34,215 bases of DNA. Source: an uncultured archaeon (GTDB lineage: Archaea; Aenigmatarchaeota; Aenigmatarchaeia; CG10238-14; SCSR01). The stretch lies in NCBI GenBank assembly GCA_964514495.1, contig CAZERL010000002.1, positions 1 through 34,215 on the forward strand. Direction: 5' to 3'. A program made the translations under genes and the position numbers. Below the pieces are notes generated by a model. The model did not search any database and was not told the DNA's origin. It worked only from the letters and a program-made list of their open reading frames with translations. The number at the start of each line of letters is the position of its first letter. Position 1 is the stretch's first letter. Positions 7,791-16,763 of this stretch are shown here, one piece after another.

Positions 7791-9095
7791 ATGAAGATAG
7801 GAGTCATAGGCGTAGGATATGTTGGCCTCACTTTAGCTTGCCTCGCGGAGTTCGGGAATAATGTATTGTTTGTAGGTCGTTCTGCTGATAAGATAAATAA
7901 TCTGAAGAAAGGCATTTTGCCTGTTTATGAAAAAGGTTTGAGTGAAATTGTAAAAAGAAACCTAGAAGCTCAGAGAATCGATGCCACAACAGATTACGAA
8001 AAGATGAAAGAAACTGAAATAATTTTCATTTGTGTAGGTACCCCTTCGGCCGAAGGTGGGGCTATAGATATTTCCCAAATAAAAACTGTCTCGGAAAGGC
8101 TAGGTATATTGCTGAAGAATACGGGCGAGCATAAGACTATAGTTGTAAAAAGTACTGTGGTACCAGGAACTACTAAAGACGTTGTAATTCCTATTTTGGA
8201 AAAGTATTCTGGAAAGAAGGCCGGAGGCGATTTTAGTGTATGTATGAATCCAGAATTCTTAAGAGAGGGTGACGGAGTATACGATTTTTTACATCCTGAT
8301 AAGGTTGTTATTGGCGGGTATGATGAAAAATCAAGTTACAAGGTGATAAAATTGTACAGTTTCTATGATAGCAAAATTCCTAGGATAGTAACTAATCTGA
8401 ATACTGCTGAAATGGTAAAATATGCTCAAAATGCGGCATTGGCAACCCGCATATCATTTATCAATGAAATAGCAAACATCTGTGAGAAATTCGAGGTGGA
8501 TGCATATGAAGTTTCTCACGCAATAGGCTTGGATTCTAGAATCGGACCTAAATTTTTGAACGCAGGCCCCGGTTTTGGTGGAAGCTGCTTCCCAAAAGAT
8601 GTCAAAGCTCTGGTATCCATAGCAAAAACATTTGATGTAAACTCGATTTTATTGGACGCTGTTTTAACTGTAAATAAAACTCAACCGCATAGGATGGTTG
8701 GTATCGCTAAAAGTACTTTAGGGAGTCTTAATGGCAAAAAAATTGCAGTCCTTGGCCTGGCATTTAAAGCAGATACAGATGATATACGAGAAGCCAGTTC
8801 AATTCCCATAATAAATTCGCTTTTAAAGGAAAATGCTATAATTAAGGTTTACGACCCACAAGCCATGGAAAATTCCAAGAAAATCTTCGGCAAGTCTGTC
8901 GGATACTGTACTTCAAAAGAAGATTGTATCAAGGATGCAGATTTATGTATGATCATTACAGAATGGGATGAATTTAGAAAATTAGATTTGTCTGCAATAA
9001 AGTGCCCTATAATTGATGGAAGGAGAGTCTTAGATCCAATTAAAGCAGAACAATATGGTCTAGTTTACAAAGGGATAGGGTGGAAAAATAATTAA
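7791..9095 (+). CDS. ugd: UDP-glucose 6-dehydrogenase
   Basis: 434 aa with an N-terminal Rossmann MKIGVIGVGYVG, the catalytic-Cys motif GFGGSCFPKD and a C-terminal UDP-binding domain (LGLAFKADTDDIREA). Confidence 0.9.
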   Translation: MKIGVIGVGYVGLTLACLAEFGNNVLFVGRSADKINNLKKGILPVYEKGLSEIVKRNLEAQRIDATTDYEKMKETEIIFICVGTPSAEGGAIDISQIKTVSERLGILLKNTGEHKTIVVKSTVVPGTTKDVVIPILEKYSGKKAGGDFSVCMNPEFLREGDGVYDFLHPDKVVIGGYDEKSSYKVIKLYSFYDSKIPRIVTNLNTAEMVKYAQNAALATRISFINEIANICEKFEVDAYEVSHAIGLDSRIGPKFLNAGPGFGGSCFPKDVKALVSIAKTFDVNSILLDAVLTVNKTQPHRMVGIAKSTLGSLNGKKIAVLGLAFKADTDDIREASSIPIINSLLKENAIIKVYDPQAMENSKKIFGKSVGYCTSKEDCIKDADLCMIITEWDEFRKLDLSAIKCPIIDGRRVLDPIKAEQYGLVYKGIGWKNN

Positions 9096-10025
9096 GTGGT
9101 TATTATGGTTAACATAGCGGTAATTGCGGCTGCAGGTAAAGGGACCAGATTAATTCCAGCAACAAAAGAACAGCCAAAGGAGATGCTACCTATAATATCT
9201 CAAGGTTTGATAAAACCTGTTTTGCATCTTATAGTAGAGCAACTATATGCATCCGGCATAAGTAAACTGTTCGTTATTACTGGGAGAGATAAGCGAGCGG
9301 TTGTAGACCACTTTACCCAAAATTATGAATTGATGGATGGACTATCAAATAAGTCAGATATAAAAATTATGTTGCAAGAGTTCTATGACATTCTAAACAA
9401 AATCAATATATCATACATAAACCAACCAAGGCCAGAAGGATTTGGAGCTGCAGTCCAACTCGCAGAAAATTATATCAGCAGTTCCGACAGTTTCCTTTTA
9501 ACGTCAGGAGACTCTATTGTCTTTTCTTTGAAAGACGGCCATTCAACAGATTTCATTAAAAGACTAACCGAAACTCATAAGAAGCATGATGCAGATGCTA
9601 CTCTCGCATTTTTCAAAACCAAAGATGTTTCAAAATATGGTGTTATCGTTGGAGAAGAAAGCGATGAGATCATTAACGTGAGCAAAGTAGTCGAAAAACC
9701 AAAAGAACCAATATCCAATTTGGCTATAGTTGGAAAGTATGTATTCAAACCTGTTATATTCCACGCGCTTAAAAAAATTGGTTTTGGTGTTGGGCAAGAA
9801 AAACAATTGACTGATGCAATCCAATGGCTTGTGGAAAAAGGCTTCAAAGTTGTTGCCATCCCTTTGAAGGAAGACGAGGTGTATTTGGATATAGGCAATC
9901 CACAAACTTACATAGAAGCATTGATAACAACTGCACTATTCGATCCTTCACTGAACCCTATAACAGTCCAGAAATTTAATGAGTTGGCCACTTTTTATAA
10001 AAAATCTGGTGGAAATAGTGATTGA
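9096..10025 (+). CDS. galU: UTP--glucose-1-phosphate uridylyltransferase
   Basis: AVIAAAGKGTRLIPATKEQPKEMLPI matches the GalU-type signature (AGxGTRxLPATKxxPKEMLP). The start is GTG 9096 directly after the ugd stop, or ATG 9105. Confidence 0.85.
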   Translation: MVIMVNIAVIAAAGKGTRLIPATKEQPKEMLPIISQGLIKPVLHLIVEQLYASGISKLFVITGRDKRAVVDHFTQNYELMDGLSNKSDIKIMLQEFYDILNKINISYINQPRPEGFGAAVQLAENYISSSDSFLLTSGDSIVFSLKDGHSTDFIKRLTETHKKHDADATLAFFKTKDVSKYGVIVGEESDEIINVSKVVEKPKEPISNLAIVGKYVFKPVIFHALKKIGFGVGQEKQLTDAIQWLVEKGFKVVAIPLKEDEVYLDIGNPQTYIEALITTALFDPSLNPITVQKFNELATFYKKSGGNSD

Positions 10026-11049
10026 AAAGATAATTTCAGAAGATATACAAAAAGTCCAAAGTAATGCAAAGGAATTAAAAGAAGTAGTTGATGGTAAAAC
10101 TGTTTTGGTTACAGGTGGGGCTGGGTTTATAGGATCTTGGGTATGTGATGTGTTTGTTGGATTCAACGCCAATGTAATTTGTGTTGATAATTTGAGTTCA
10201 GGTATTACCACTAATATGGATCATTTGCTGAAACACAAGAATTTTAAATTCATAAATGAAGATGTTTGCAAATTCGACACAGATGATAAACTGGACTACA
10301 TTGTACATATGGCAAGCGTAGCATCACCTTTATCATATCTATCGCTCCCTATCGAAACATTAGACGCTAATGTAATTGGCACAAAGAGGATGCTGGAATT
10401 GGCCAAGAGAAATAATGTTAAAAGTTTTCTATTTACCGGAACCAGCGAAACGTATGGGAATCCCGATGACACAAATTTACCAACACCAGAAACGTACTAC
10501 GGTTATGTAAATTCATTTGGTCCGCGAGCTGTTTATGATGAAGGTAAAAGATGCGCAGAAGCATACTGCTATGCTTATTTAAATAAATTTAATTTGCCCA
10601 TAAGGATTGCACGTATTTTCAATACATATGGCCCACGCCTAGATATAAAATCTAAAACACAATACGGAAGAGTAATTGTGAAATTCGTTTTGCAAGCACT
10701 TGCAAATCAACCTTTGACTGTATACGGAGACGGAACACAAACAAGAAGCTTCTGTTATATTACAGACCAATTGGAAGGGTTGCTGAAACTCCTATTGCTA
10801 CCAAATCTGAAGGGAGAAGTAATCAATATCGGGAATACAAACGAGATAACAATACTTGAACTCGCTAATAAAATTGCGAAACTCACCAACACAAACTCCG
10901 GGATAGAATTCCAGCCATTGCCAAAAGACGATCCGAGAAGAAGGAACCCAGATATATCTAAAGCTAAAATGTTATTGGGGTTTTATCCAAAAATCGGTTT
11001 GAATGAAGGTCTTATGAGAACAATAGAGTGGTTTAAGTTCACAAAGTGA
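9979..11049 (+). CDS. uxs: UDP-glucuronate decarboxylase (UDP-xylose synthase)
   Basis: VLVTGGAGFIGS, TSETYGNP, FGPRAVYDEGKRCAE, RIARIFNTYGPR, YGRVIVKF and YGDGTQTRSFCYITD closely match UXS family blocks. The true start may be the in-frame GTG at 10018, which overlaps the upstream stop, rather than ATG 9979. Confidence 0.85.
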   Translation: MSWPLFIKNLVEIVIEKIISEDIQKVQSNAKELKEVVDGKTVLVTGGAGFIGSWVCDVFVGFNANVICVDNLSSGITTNMDHLLKHKNFKFINEDVCKFDTDDKLDYIVHMASVASPLSYLSLPIETLDANVIGTKRMLELAKRNNVKSFLFTGTSETYGNPDDTNLPTPETYYGYVNSFGPRAVYDEGKRCAEAYCYAYLNKFNLPIRIARIFNTYGPRLDIKSKTQYGRVIVKFVLQALANQPLTVYGDGTQTRSFCYITDQLEGLLKLLLLPNLKGEVINIGNTNEITILELANKIAKLTNTNSGIEFQPLPKDDPRRRNPDISKAKMLLGFYPKIGLNEGLMRTIEWFKFTK

Positions 11050-11053
11050 TGAT

Positions 11054-12169
11054 ATGGAAATTCTTGTTACCGGCGGCGCAGGTTTCATCGGTAGTCATAC
11101 CATAGATTTGCTGGTAGAGAAAGGTTATGATATAACAGTTTTGGATAACCTTGAGCCACAGGTGCACCAAAATAAGAAGCCCGAATATTTGAATGGTTCC
11201 GTAAAATTCGTCTTTGGTGATATTACAAACAAGGACGTGTGGAAAAAGGTTTTGTCTAATGCAGATGCCGTAATACATTTGGCTTCCATGGTAGGTGTAG
11301 GGCAGAGTATGTACCAGCCAGTAAAGTACCTTACAGCTAACACAATCGGCACAGCGAACATGTTCGAAATATTACTCGAAGACAAGGAAATCAGGAAAAA
11401 AGTTCAGAAGATAATCGTTGCAAGTTCAAAAAGTATTTACGGTGAAGGTTCTTACCAGTGTAATGGTCACGGAAATGTGAATCCTAATCCTAGAACAACG
11501 GAACAATTGATGGAGAAGGATTGGGAAATACATTGTCTGTTTTGTGGCGAGTATGCCAAGTCCATTGCAATAACAGAAGAAAAACCCGTACAAAATCTTT
11601 CTATTTATGCTCTATCCAAATATGATACAGAAAGAATTGCTATAGATTTCGGCAATGCACTCGATATACCGGTTACAGCTTTCCGATACTTTAATATTTA
11701 TGGGCCTAGGCAAAGCTTGAGTAATCCTTATACGGGTGTCGCGGCCATTTTCCTCAGCAGAATAAAGAACAATAATTCACCAGTAATTTTTGAGGATGGT
11801 AACCAAACTAGAGATTTCATTTACATAGATGATATATCTAATATTAACTGCGAAGCCTTAGAAAAATTCGATGGGATAGACGTTTTTAACATTGGATCAG
11901 GCGAGCCTACTAGTATCCTAGAAATAGCCAAATTGTTGATTGAACTTACAAATTCTGGTATTGAACCATCAGTAACTCAAAAATTTAGGCCCGGAGATAA
12001 CAGGCATGATTTCTCAGATATAAGCAAAGCTAAAAAGAAATTAGGCTTTAAACCCAGATGGAAGATAAGGGATGGATTTAAAAAATTAGTTGAATGGTCA
12101 TATACACAAGAAGCAATAGATAAATTCAAAGAAGCTGAAGATGAGCTCGGCAAGTATTTCGGCGTTTAG
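11054..12169 (+). CDS. Extended-SDR NAD-dependent sugar epimerase/dehydratase with a Cys/His-containing insertion
   Basis: It has VTGGAGFIGSH, a YALSK (YxxxK) catalytic motif and FNIYGPRQ. An insertion of about 35 aa between the SSKSIYGEG strand and the substrate loop carries C136-x2-H139 ... H160-C161-x2-C164. Confidence 0.8.
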   Translation: MEILVTGGAGFIGSHTIDLLVEKGYDITVLDNLEPQVHQNKKPEYLNGSVKFVFGDITNKDVWKKVLSNADAVIHLASMVGVGQSMYQPVKYLTANTIGTANMFEILLEDKEIRKKVQKIIVASSKSIYGEGSYQCNGHGNVNPNPRTTEQLMEKDWEIHCLFCGEYAKSIAITEEKPVQNLSIYALSKYDTERIAIDFGNALDIPVTAFRYFNIYGPRQSLSNPYTGVAAIFLSRIKNNNSPVIFEDGNQTRDFIYIDDISNINCEALEKFDGIDVFNIGSGEPTSILEIAKLLIELTNSGIEPSVTQKFRPGDNRHDFSDISKAKKKLGFKPRWKIRDGFKKLVEWSYTQEAIDKFKEAEDELGKYFGV

Positions 12170-12205
12170 ATGATAACCCTTATAATTGGTGGCAGCGGTT
12201 TATAA
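12170..12205 (+). pseudogene. Vestigial 5' end of an SDR/Rossmann gene (MITLIIGGSGL-stop)
   Basis: An ATG immediately follows the upstream TAG (TAGATG junction). It encodes MITLIIGGSGL, then TAA. This is a beta-strand plus the start of a GxxGxxG motif, like the N-termini of the six intact SDR genes in the window. Confidence 0.35.
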
Positions 12206-12289
12206 AATTCTAAATTAGATAGAACAACACCCATATTTTCAAATAATCATGAAACTTAAAATAAGTTTAGTTAGATATGTGTTATTGAT

Positions 12290-14512
12290 ATGCGAGAATT
12301 ACCATATTTGATAATAGCAATTTTATGCCTGACGTTTTTTAGTCCGGTGATTTTATCTACGAATTCCTTAATTCATTCAAACGCTAGCGATATAGTTAGC
12401 CAATACTACCCGTATCTTATTTTGCTTAAAAATTCCATTACCGTAGGAACATTGCCTTTATGGAACCCGTTGCTAATGGGTGGTTTTCCTTGGTTTGGAA
12501 ACCCAGATTCTAACCTCTTTTACTTGCCTACGCTAGCTTTTACAACAGTATTCACACCACATCTTGCTATAAACTATTTGATAATCTTCCATGTATTCTT
12601 TGCAGGAATTTTTATGTTGCTTTACCTTCAAGAAATTGAAATACCTAGTCAAGTATCTATCTTCGGTGCCATTTCCTTTATGTTTTCGGGTTTTATTGTC
12701 ACACGAATATACGCAGGTCACTTTAGTATAATCAATACCCTAGCTTGGATACCTTTAATATTCTTTCTTATAGAAAAAAGTGTAAAATCACACCTTACTA
12801 TATTTCCGATGTTACTTGGCATAGTTTTAGGAATGCAGTTTCTTGGTTCGCAACCACAGATATTTATTTACACTTTGATAGCTGCGTCAGGCTATTACAT
12901 TTTTAGACATATGTACCAAACAAGTATGGTAGAAATAATAAAAAAAGCAATAATTACTTTTGTATTCCTTTTTGGTATATCAGCAATACAACTTCTACCC
13001 TCCTACGAGTTCTTTAAGCATTCTGTAAGAAGTGATGGACTATCATATGACCAAATAACCAGTTCATCCCTTCCGCCTCCTCAACTAATTTCACTTATTC
13101 TTCCAGAATTTTTCGGTACAGCGTTAGATTTTACTACATGGGGAGCCTCTAACTTTTGGGAACTAACTGGATATGTTGGTATACTACCTATAATTTTTTC
13201 ACTACTTGCATTTATTACAAAACGCGATAAATTAACAATCTTTTTTACAAGCTTAACGATATTTTCTATTTTGTACTCATTTGGTAAATTCAATCCGCTT
13301 TTTAAAGTAGTAGAATTTATACCTATTTTAAATTCATTTAGAATCCCAGCCAGATTTCTATTGTTTTTCGTTTTCTCCATTTCAGTTCTAGCATCAATAG
13401 GTCTAAATAGGTTTTTGGCTGCACCTCATAGTGCGAAAAGCCTAATTAAAATAATCTTTATCGGTTCAATATTTATCGTTGGTATACTGATCTTGTCTAT
13501 AATATTTAAAGAAAACATATTGGCATTTGCTGAAGCATTAGCTAAAAACCGATTAACAGAAACAGCGCTAATTGATCCTATATCCCCAACTATAAAATCT
13601 CTACTAGAAAAGGATGGGATAAAATATTTTACAACTCGAATCTACAGCCATATTTTGGGTAACTTAATGGTTTTAACTATTTCGTTAATTAGTATAGTTT
13701 TCGTATACCACCTTTTATCAAAAAATATTATTAAAAAAAATCCAGCAGTAGTATTCATAATAATGATTTTAGTGTTGGATTTGTTTTCATTCGGACTTAA
13801 GTATATATCCACAAAACAAATTTCTTTAGAAGTAACATTAGGTTTGCCAGAAGATACAGCGTCATATAGAATTTTATCTTTACCAGAAATCTACCTAATA
13901 GATCAGGCAGAACTGACTAAAAGTGGAATACAAAGATTCGATGGATATTACGTTGCAAAATTATCTTATTACAATGAATTCTTCGAAATTGCTAAAGAAA
14001 GATCTACTCTATTGCAGATAGGCAATGTTAAATACATTTACGCAAATAATGGCACATCAAAATATCAAGACTCTTTACCCCGAGCTTTTTTTGTATATGG
14101 CGGTAAAGTTACCACTAACGGAAATCACTTTGAAATTATGAAACAGCCAGATTTTGATCCGACAAAAATCTTACTAATTGGTGACAGTGTGGTAGAGATA
14201 AAGAAAATCGACCCGTTAAAAATAACCGATTATGGGCCAAATTCTCTAGAAATAGAAGTGAATAATACTGATAAAGGTGTCTTAGTACTTTTAGACACTT
14301 GGTATCCAGGCTGGAAAGCTTATACAGGAAGTAAAGAAATTCCTATAAAAAGAGCATATTATATCATGCGTGGCGTTGAGATAACAAATAGTATAGGCAA
14401 TATTCGATTCAACTTTGAACCTGGCTTACTGCCACTCGGTACTATTATAACAACAATCGCAATTCTGGCATCTATAATCATAGCGTATAGGCATATAACT
14501 AAAATAAATTAA
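12290..14512 (+). CDS. YfhO-like GT-C-type polytopic membrane glycosyltransferase
   Basis: 740 aa with many TM helices. The first loop SDIVSQYYPY...GTLPLWNPLLMGGFPWFGNPDSNLFYLP and the C-terminal DTWYPGWKAY...IPIKRAYYIMRGVEI both resemble YfhO-family signatures. Confidence 0.6.
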   Translation: MRELPYLIIAILCLTFFSPVILSTNSLIHSNASDIVSQYYPYLILLKNSITVGTLPLWNPLLMGGFPWFGNPDSNLFYLPTLAFTTVFTPHLAINYLIIFHVFFAGIFMLLYLQEIEIPSQVSIFGAISFMFSGFIVTRIYAGHFSIINTLAWIPLIFFLIEKSVKSHLTIFPMLLGIVLGMQFLGSQPQIFIYTLIAASGYYIFRHMYQTSMVEIIKKAIITFVFLFGISAIQLLPSYEFFKHSVRSDGLSYDQITSSSLPPPQLISLILPEFFGTALDFTTWGASNFWELTGYVGILPIIFSLLAFITKRDKLTIFFTSLTIFSILYSFGKFNPLFKVVEFIPILNSFRIPARFLLFFVFSISVLASIGLNRFLAAPHSAKSLIKIIFIGSIFIVGILILSIIFKENILAFAEALAKNRLTETALIDPISPTIKSLLEKDGIKYFTTRIYSHILGNLMVLTISLISIVFVYHLLSKNIIKKNPAVVFIIMILVLDLFSFGLKYISTKQISLEVTLGLPEDTASYRILSLPEIYLIDQAELTKSGIQRFDGYYVAKLSYYNEFFEIAKERSTLLQIGNVKYIYANNGTSKYQDSLPRAFFVYGGKVTTNGNHFEIMKQPDFDPTKILLIGDSVVEIKKIDPLKITDYGPNSLEIEVNNTDKGVLVLLDTWYPGWKAYTGSKEIPIKRAYYIMRGVEITNSIGNIRFNFEPGLLPLGTIITTIAILASIIIAYRHITKIN

Positions 14513-14567
14513 TTTAACATAATTTTCGTGTTTATAGGGAAAAGCAAGTATAAGTCGGTTATACAGC

Positions 14568-15278
14568 ATGAAAAATAAAATGGGCAGCAAAATATCAATA
14601 ATTATACCAACTTTTAATGAAGAGAAGTATATAGGCTTAATTTTAAATCATATAAGAAATTTCTTTAAAGGTCCAAATTACGAAATAATAGTTTCTGCTG
14701 ATGGTTGTACTGACAATACACCATATATTATAAATAAACTTTCAAAGGTCGACAGAAGAATTAAAATAGTCAACACACGCAAAAGGTTAGGAAAAGGTGG
14801 CGGCCTTAAGAAAGGATTTTATACAAGTAGTGGTAAGATTATAGTCTTTGCAGACGCCGATATGTCTTGCTCAGCTAGTGAAATATCAAAACTTATCGAA
14901 CTTATAAAAAATGCAGATATAGTCATTGCATCAAGAGCAATCAAAGGAGCTAACGTTGTAAAACGACAATCATTTATTAGAGAGCACATGGGTAAAACTT
15001 TCAATCTATTAGTAAGACTAATACTTGGTATTAACCTAAAGGATACCCAGTGCGGTTATAAGGTATTTAAACGGCATGTGTTAGAAAAATTGTTGCCCAA
15101 TGTCAAATCTAATGGTTGGGAATTTGACGCTGAGCTACTATTTAGAGCCACAAAAGGAAATTACAAAATTCATGAAGTTGGAGTTAAGTGGAAAAATAGA
15201 AAAGAATCTAAACTCTCTATATTCCCAGATTCATTGAGAATGCTATTAGGTTTGATTAAAATCCGATTGAGCGATTAA
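14568..15278 (+). CDS. GT2 polyprenyl-phosphate hexose synthase (ALG5 / Dol-P-Glc synthase-like)
   Basis: Motifs seen are ISIIIPTFNEEKYI, IIVSADGCTDNT, the DxD-type FADADMS, DTQCGYKVFKR and WEFDAELLF, which are typical of ALG5/CsbB-type enzymes. Confidence 0.75.
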   Translation: MKNKMGSKISIIIPTFNEEKYIGLILNHIRNFFKGPNYEIIVSADGCTDNTPYIINKLSKVDRRIKIVNTRKRLGKGGGLKKGFYTSSGKIIVFADADMSCSASEISKLIELIKNADIVIASRAIKGANVVKRQSFIREHMGKTFNLLVRLILGINLKDTQCGYKVFKRHVLEKLLPNVKSNGWEFDAELLFRATKGNYKIHEVGVKWKNRKESKLSIFPDSLRMLLGLIKIRLSD

Positions 15279-16762
15279 TTTTCAATTTTCACAACGCGTA
15301 TAGAGTCCAAATCTACGAGATCATTAAATATCTTGTGTTTATCCATTTTTATTTTGTAATCTGCATAGATGTTATCTACCAAATCATTTAACCATCCTAC
15401 AACAGTAGGATGACCTTGTATATCATTAGGTGCTACACCTGAAATCAACAATTTGTTTACTTCAGCCCAAATTGTCTCATAGGTTTGAATATCGTTTATT
15501 GTTACCAATAAGCCAAATCCGCCTAAAATAACAATAGTTAATATATAAGGCACTACACTCTTTACTTTAGAGACCAAAAACATCAGCACGAAAGGTAAAA
15601 ATACAATGTAATATTTCATCAAAAAGATGTTGATTTTAAAAATAGTGAAAAGTGTACAACCAACTAATGCAATAAAGCTGAAATTCATGACAGCAGAGCT
15701 TCGCCTGTTCTGTATTATATGGGATGCTAAGTTAAGCCCACTATAAGCAAAGATGGCTGCTGCAAAGAATATCAGAAGCTGGTTTGAGTGAAATACGAAG
15801 GACTTCCCAGATAATACTGCCAAAAATGCAATTCCAACTGATATAAGAGAAATGAATTTTTGATTTGTGCCAGTTTTGATGGATAGTCCGAATGGTAGAA
15901 ACATGAAACCAAGGAAAATGATATCTTGTATTATTCTGAATGCATTATGTGAGGGTTTTATGCCGAATTGTGGTGCATATGGCGCATCTGGACTGACCGT
16001 ACTTGATATTGTGGTTGGGGACAAGATATGACCTGTTGTCAAAAAATTGTATGAGAAAAATCCAATAGTGAATGCTACAGATATGCCGGCTAATATAAGA
16101 TTTCTACTAAGATTCTTTATAACTAATTTCTTTCTAACACCAATGCTATTCAAGAAGAATTTTTCTAAAGGTTTTAGCGGCAAATTTCTGGTTCCATGCA
16201 GGAGTAAAAACAAAAATGCGGCAAGTGCAGGGATTGCATCTATTTGCTTGTTTAGGAACCCAAGTATAGATACCACGCTAGCTGTAATGAAAAACTTGCC
16301 TTCTCCTGTTTTGATACCCTTTACCAGTAACAGAATTGCAAGCACATGCAGGGGAAGTGATATAGGCTCTGTAATGAACTGCCTCAAATAAAGAGCAATG
16401 GACGGATTTGTTATTAATACAAAAGACGCTAAAGCTGCTATAGTTTTGTTTGCGTTGAGTTCTCGTAGGATTAGGTACATTAATGGAGCGGATATGGCAG
16501 CGATTAGCATCATGATCAGTCTTAAGTTAATGACAGAGGATTGGTTCTGTATGAATGGCATCCCGACTAACATTGTCAGGTAGGATGTTGATTGGAGCCA
16601 ATTAGGCTGGGTCTTGCCTTCAGATAAAAGCTTCGTTTGCTTTACATATGCAAACTCATCCCCAACAGGATATTCTATTAGATAGGGAGTCGATACAAGA
16701 AACGCAAACGATACTAGATAAATGATAATAAAATTTTTCGCATCAGATAAACCTTTTGCCAT
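15275..16762 (-). CDS. GT-C-like (ArnT/PMT_2-like) polytopic membrane protein, paralogue A
   Basis: 495 aa with about 12 hydrophobic helices. The first loop YPVGDEFAYVKQTKLLSEGK resembles the ArnT/PMT DE-x-x-Y motif. It is collinear with, and roughly half identical to, the adjacent 484-aa ORF. Confidence 0.55.
   Translation of the reverse strand: MAKGLSDAKNFIIIYLVSFAFLVSTPYLIEYPVGDEFAYVKQTKLLSEGKTQPNWLQSTSYLTMLVGMPFIQNQSSVINLRLIMMLIAAISAPLMYLILRELNANKTIAALASFVLITNPSIALYLRQFITEPISLPLHVLAILLLVKGIKTGEGKFFITASVVSILGFLNKQIDAIPALAAFLFLLLHGTRNLPLKPLEKFFLNSIGVRKKLVIKNLSRNLILAGISVAFTIGFFSYNFLTTGHILSPTTISSTVSPDAPYAPQFGIKPSHNAFRIIQDIIFLGFMFLPFGLSIKTGTNQKFISLISVGIAFLAVLSGKSFVFHSNQLLIFFAAAIFAYSGLNLASHIIQNRRSSAVMNFSFIALVGCTLFTIFKINIFLMKYYIVFLPFVLMFLVSKVKSVVPYILTIVILGGFGLLVTINDIQTYETIWAEVNKLLISGVAPNDIQGHPTVVGWLNDLVDNIYADYKIKMDKHKIFNDLVDLDSIRVVKIEN
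16571..16621 (-). repeat. Near-identical 51-nt tract shared with 18030-18080
   Basis: By hand alignment, 48 of 51 nt are identical to the paralogous position. The tract encodes part of EGKTQPNWLQSTSYLTMLVGMP, and flanking codons are much more diverged. Confidence 0.8.
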
Positions 16763-16763
16763 A

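Noticed and set aside
9979-10025. 47-nt overlap between the uridylyltransferase and UXS ORFs, considered as a possible programmed frameshift or fusion
   Set aside because: An in-frame GTG at 10018 gives an ordinary start/stop overlap (GTGATTGA). Start-codon ambiguity is the simpler explanation.
13733-13740. A8 homopolymer inside the YfhO-like glycosyltransferase gene, considered as a possible phase-variation tract. A similar A7+G5 tract lies at 19583-19595 in a GT2 gene.
   Set aside because: Equal-length A tracts also occur in housekeeping polB (A8 at 3517-3524, A7 near 1745). They therefore look like a by-product of AT-rich, Lys-rich coding rather than a dedicated contingency locus.
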